Shown here in pieces: positions 58,352 through 64,000 of a DNA stretch of 64,000 nucleotides. Position 1 is the stretch's first letter. Each line of letters starts with the position of its first letter. The position numbers were made by a program, and so were the translations under genes. The notes below the pieces were generated by a model. It was not told the DNA's origin and did no database searches. It worked only from the letters and a program-made list of their open reading frames with translations. Origin of the DNA: an uncultured bacterium (GTDB lineage Bacteria > Verrucomicrobiota > Verrucomicrobiia > Verrucomicrobiales > V1-33); NCBI GenBank assembly GCA_903954065.1, contig CAJBME010000250.1, forward strand, positions 20,270-84,269, in the 5' to 3' direction.

Positions 58352-61144
<2,793 letters not shown>

Positions 61145-61339
61145 GGGAAAGAAGTGTAGGCGGATGGATGCCAAGTGATGAGAGTAGCGGAACGACCGGC
61201 CTCGGCAAGCACGCAGCGTGCCGGACGATGGATCGGTGAAATTTGTTCAGGCGATGAGTGAGGCCAATGTGTTCAAATGAGGAGTTTATCTAGGGTCGAA
61301 TGGGTCAGGTCCGCTTGACGGGTATTCTATGATGTCATC

Positions 61340-61831
61340 ATGCAAATTGCTGTGCTTTCGGATATTCATGACCGGTTGGATCATTTGGAGCGGGTCATGG
61401 CCGCGGTGAATGGGCGCGGTGCGGAGAGAGTTTTTTTTCTGGGTGATGGTTGTGCGCCATTTGTACTCAACGATCTGGCGGAGCGTTTTGCGGGTCCGAT
61501 TGACGGTGTCTTTGGCAACAACGATGGCGACCGGTTTTTATTGTGCCGGGTGGCGGCGCGGCATCCGCAGATGACTTGGCATGATCCTTTGGCCGAGCTG
61601 GAGGTGGGTGGACGGAAAATTTTGCTCACGCATTACCCTGAAATTGGACGGCGGTTGGCCAAATCGGGTGAAGCTGACGCTGTGTTCAGCGGCCATGATC
61701 ACCAGCGATACCAGCATCGTTTTGGAGAGGCGCTGTGGGCGAATCCGGGCGAGATCATGGGCCGTTTCGGGGTCGTTAGTTTCGGGCTTTACGACACCGT
61801 AGGCCATTCCTTCGAACATGTGATTGTCTGA
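61340..61831 (+). CDS. YfcE/MJ0936-family metallophosphoesterase
   Basis: SDIH, LGD, GNND, TH, SGHDH, NPG motifs. Confidence 0.9.
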   Translation: MQIAVLSDIHDRLDHLERVMAAVNGRGAERVFFLGDGCAPFVLNDLAERFAGPIDGVFGNNDGDRFLLCRVAARHPQMTWHDPLAELEVGGRKILLTHYPEIGRRLAKSGEADAVFSGHDHQRYQHRFGEALWANPGEIMGRFGVVSFGLYDTVGHSFEHVIV

Positions 61832-61978
61832 GGGTGGTCGGATGGCCGGAGTCGCAGGGCGACCATAAACCACGGCCGCCGGCCCGCGAAGCGCGCGGCT
61901 ACCGCCTGTCGGTTCACTGAGGTGGCCGCTGATGAAATTTTTTCCTCCAGACGTCGGAGGAGGTAAGGAGGTTCGGGT

Positions 61979-62479
61979 TTAGCGCGTTTTTTCCATGGTG
62001 GCCACGGCCTCTTGGTGGCGTTGCGTCCGGGCCCGAGCGAAGGCCTCGGTGCATTCGCGCGTCATGACTTCCAATGAATTGATTTTCTGGGTGTTAATCC
62101 GGCAGGCGACGAGGTTGGCTGGGCGGTGGCGCCAGAGGTGCACGGTGCCGATGGTTTCTCCATTGGGTGGTTCCCACTCGCCGGTTTCGGCATTTTCCTT
62201 GAGCAGCTGGCGGCGATCTGGATCGGAGATATAGGCTTGGGCGTAAGAGACGTGCCAGGCGATTCCTTTCCGAAAATGGACGATCACGCCCAGTCCTTTG
62301 CGCTCGTAGCGGACAGCTTCGGGATCGGATTCAGCGATTATGGCCGGCAGAGTGGCGTGCGCGGCCCCATAACGGACGGCGCACTCGGCGGGCGTCTCGC
62401 CAATGCGGGCGGCGGCGGCGGGTGCGAAGCCGAGGACGAGGGCTGCGGCTATGAGCGGCCAGACGAAAGAAATCCTCAT
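61979..62479 (-). CDS. Hypothetical exported protein
   Basis: Signal peptide MRISFVWPLIAAALVLGFAPAAAA followed by RIGETPAECAVRYG. Confidence 0.7.
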   Translation of the reverse strand: MRISFVWPLIAAALVLGFAPAAAARIGETPAECAVRYGAAHATLPAIIAESDPEAVRYERKGLGVIVHFRKGIAWHVSYAQAYISDPDRRQLLKENAETGEWEPPNGETIGTVHLWRHRPANLVACRINTQKINSLEVMTRECTEAFARARTQRHQEAVATMEKTR

Positions 62480-62535
62480 GGTTAAGAGTATCGGTTGCCA
62501 CGGGAGGCAAATCAAGGCCGGGCCGACGGCTGCCG

Positions 62536-62811
62536 TCATGATTTTACCGGGCCGCGCGCTTTCGGCTGGCATAGGTTTACGGCACGATGTGCGCAGCGTG
62601 CGCATTTCAGGCAGCTGAAACGAGGCGCTTCGGTGAGCCGACACAATTCGTCAAAATTGTTTTTGATGTCGTATTTGGTCCAGTCGCAGAGTGATTTTTC
62701 CGCGGTGGAGCGCGTCCTCGCCGCGGCTGGCCACCACGACGGAAGCCGCTGTGCCGGGATGACGGCGGTGAGGCGTTGCAGGGGGCCGAGTAGGCGGCGT
62801 TTCAGACTCAT
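62536..62811 (-). CDS. Small Cys-rich putative metal-binding protein (91 aa)
   Basis: ATG overlaps the glnD stop (ATGA). C-terminal SLCDW..PRFSCLKCARCA..NLCQP. Confidence 0.65.
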   Translation of the reverse strand: MSLKRRLLGPLQRLTAVIPAQRLPSWWPAAARTRSTAEKSLCDWTKYDIKNNFDELCRLTEAPRFSCLKCARCAHRAVNLCQPKARGPVKS

Positions 62812-64000
62812 TCCTTTGCTGACGTTTCGTCCGGTTGCGAGGCATCGACGGCGGCCCGGCCGAGGCCTTCGCGTAGCGCGCGCAGGGTGTCCCGGTCGGT
62901 GATTTTGTCACCACTGGCATCTGTGAGGTAAAACGTGTCCTGCGCAGCTCCTTTATCGGTATTGATCCGGGCATGGGCGATCTCCAATCCCAGACCGCCG
63001 ATGACGCGGAAGAAATCGCTGAGCAGGCCGAGCCGGTCGACGGCATCGATTTCGACGACGGTATGCCGGGGATTTAGTTCATTGCTCAGATAAACGCGGG
63101 TTGGGAACTCCGCTTTGAGCTGCAGGAATTCCGCGTCATTGGCGTTCTCTGCTTCTTCTGGCGGTCGTAGGGCGCTCCAGTCAGGCTCTTCGGTGGCAAA
63201 AACTTCGGTCATCAATTTGTCAAACCGGCGAATGACCCGCTCGTCGGTCAGCGGTTCAAGCTTGGTGGTGCAGACGCGGAAGATGTCGAAGACGACACCG
63301 TCTTTGCGAAGGAAAAAGTCGGCGCTTAAAATGTTGAGGCCGCAGCGCGAGAGACATCCGGCCACGCGAGCGAGCAGGAGTGACCGGTCGCGGGTGACAA
63401 GAGTGAGCTCGCTGCAGGCCCGTTCCGGGACAGTGCGCCAGCGGTACACGGGAAGAATCGGCTGCCCGGTTTCATTGAATTGTTCGGCCTTGAAGAATTC
63501 ACGAAACAATCGCAGATGGCTGGCCACCCGGTGGGCGCTGCGAAAAGCGAAATACCGCTCCGGCATGCCATCGAATTGCAGAGCGATTTCCGCGGCCCAG
63601 CCGCTGCCGAGTTTTTCCGCCAGTGCATTGCGGAATTCCTCGGTTTCTGCTTCTCTCGTTTGCGCTTCAAAGGCCGGGCGGTCGGCAAAGAATGAGGCGG
63701 TGCTGCGATAAAGCTGCAGCATTAAAGATTGTTTGAAGCCGCTCCACGAGGTTTCGCTGGTTCCTTTGCTGTCGGCGTAGGTCATGACCAGCAGGGCGTC
63801 GAGCCAGGCTTTTTCCCGCACGCTGGCGGCGAAGTCAGCAATGACTGCGGTGTCCTCGATATTCTTCTGGGTGGCGGCGCGGAACAGACTGAGGTGGTGA
63901 TCGACGAGGAAGAGCAGCACGCGTCGGCGGTCGAGACCGACCTTTAACCGGTTGCAGACTTTGGCGGCCAGCATGGCGCTGGCATATTCATGCTGGTCGG
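62808..64000 (-). CDS. glnD: PII uridylyltransferase GlnD, 3' part (HD tail plus two ACT domains)
   Basis: FLVDHHL..A, LLVMTYAD..GT...W, ACT1 DRSLLLARVAG..LNILSA, ACT2 DRLGLL..AHARINT.KGAAQDTFYLTD. The 5' end lies outside the window. Confidence 0.9.
   Translation of the reverse strand, partial: DQHEYASAMLAAKVCNRLKVGLDRRRVLLFLVDHHLSLFRAATQKNIEDTAVIADFAASVREKAWLDALLVMTYADSKGTSETSWSGFKQSLMLQLYRSTASFFADRPAFEAQTREAETEEFRNALAEKLGSGWAAEIALQFDGMPERYFAFRSAHRVASHLRLFREFFKAEQFNETGQPILPVYRWRTVPERACSELTLVTRDRSLLLARVAGCLSRCGLNILSADFFLRKDGVVFDIFRVCTTKLEPLTDERVIRRFDKLMTEVFATEEPDWSALRPPEEAENANDAEFLQLKAEFPTRVYLSNELNPRHTVVEIDAVDRLGLLSDFFRVIGGLGLEIAHARINTDKGAAQDTFYLTDASGDKITDRDTLRALREGLGRAAVDASQPDETSAKE

Overview
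GC-rich bacterial chromosomal window. It is probably from a Verrucomicrobiota member, inferred from the style of the L33/S18 sequences and the giant lamin-tail/CotH exoproteins. It is mostly housekeeping: folE2, rpsR, rpmG, a DksA/TraR protein, tsaD, clpC, aroD, PDH E2, uppS/uppP, rluE, menF-D-H-B, rfbA, acnA, partial glnD and tRNA-Arg(CCT). Accessory material includes three very large secreted lamin-tail-domain proteins (two with a visible CotH kinase domain), two other modular exoproteins, an MntA/HepT toxin-antitoxin pair embedded in REP-like repeats, an ECF sigma/vWA pair, and a phnZ/phnX-like/permease/FAD-oxidase phosphonate cluster. The most unusual item is a small lipoprotein translationally coupled to uppP that consists almost entirely of a Hint (intein-like) domain, predicting a self-released ~22-residue lipopeptide. 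Also notable: a C-terminal motif shared by four exoproteins (possible sorting signal), a near-perfect sigma54 promoter with a TGT-N10-ACA palindrome upstream of clpC, a sigma54 activator whose receiver Asp is replaced by Glu, and a nested REPIN/MITE-like element. All calls come from reading motifs by eye; no database searches were run.
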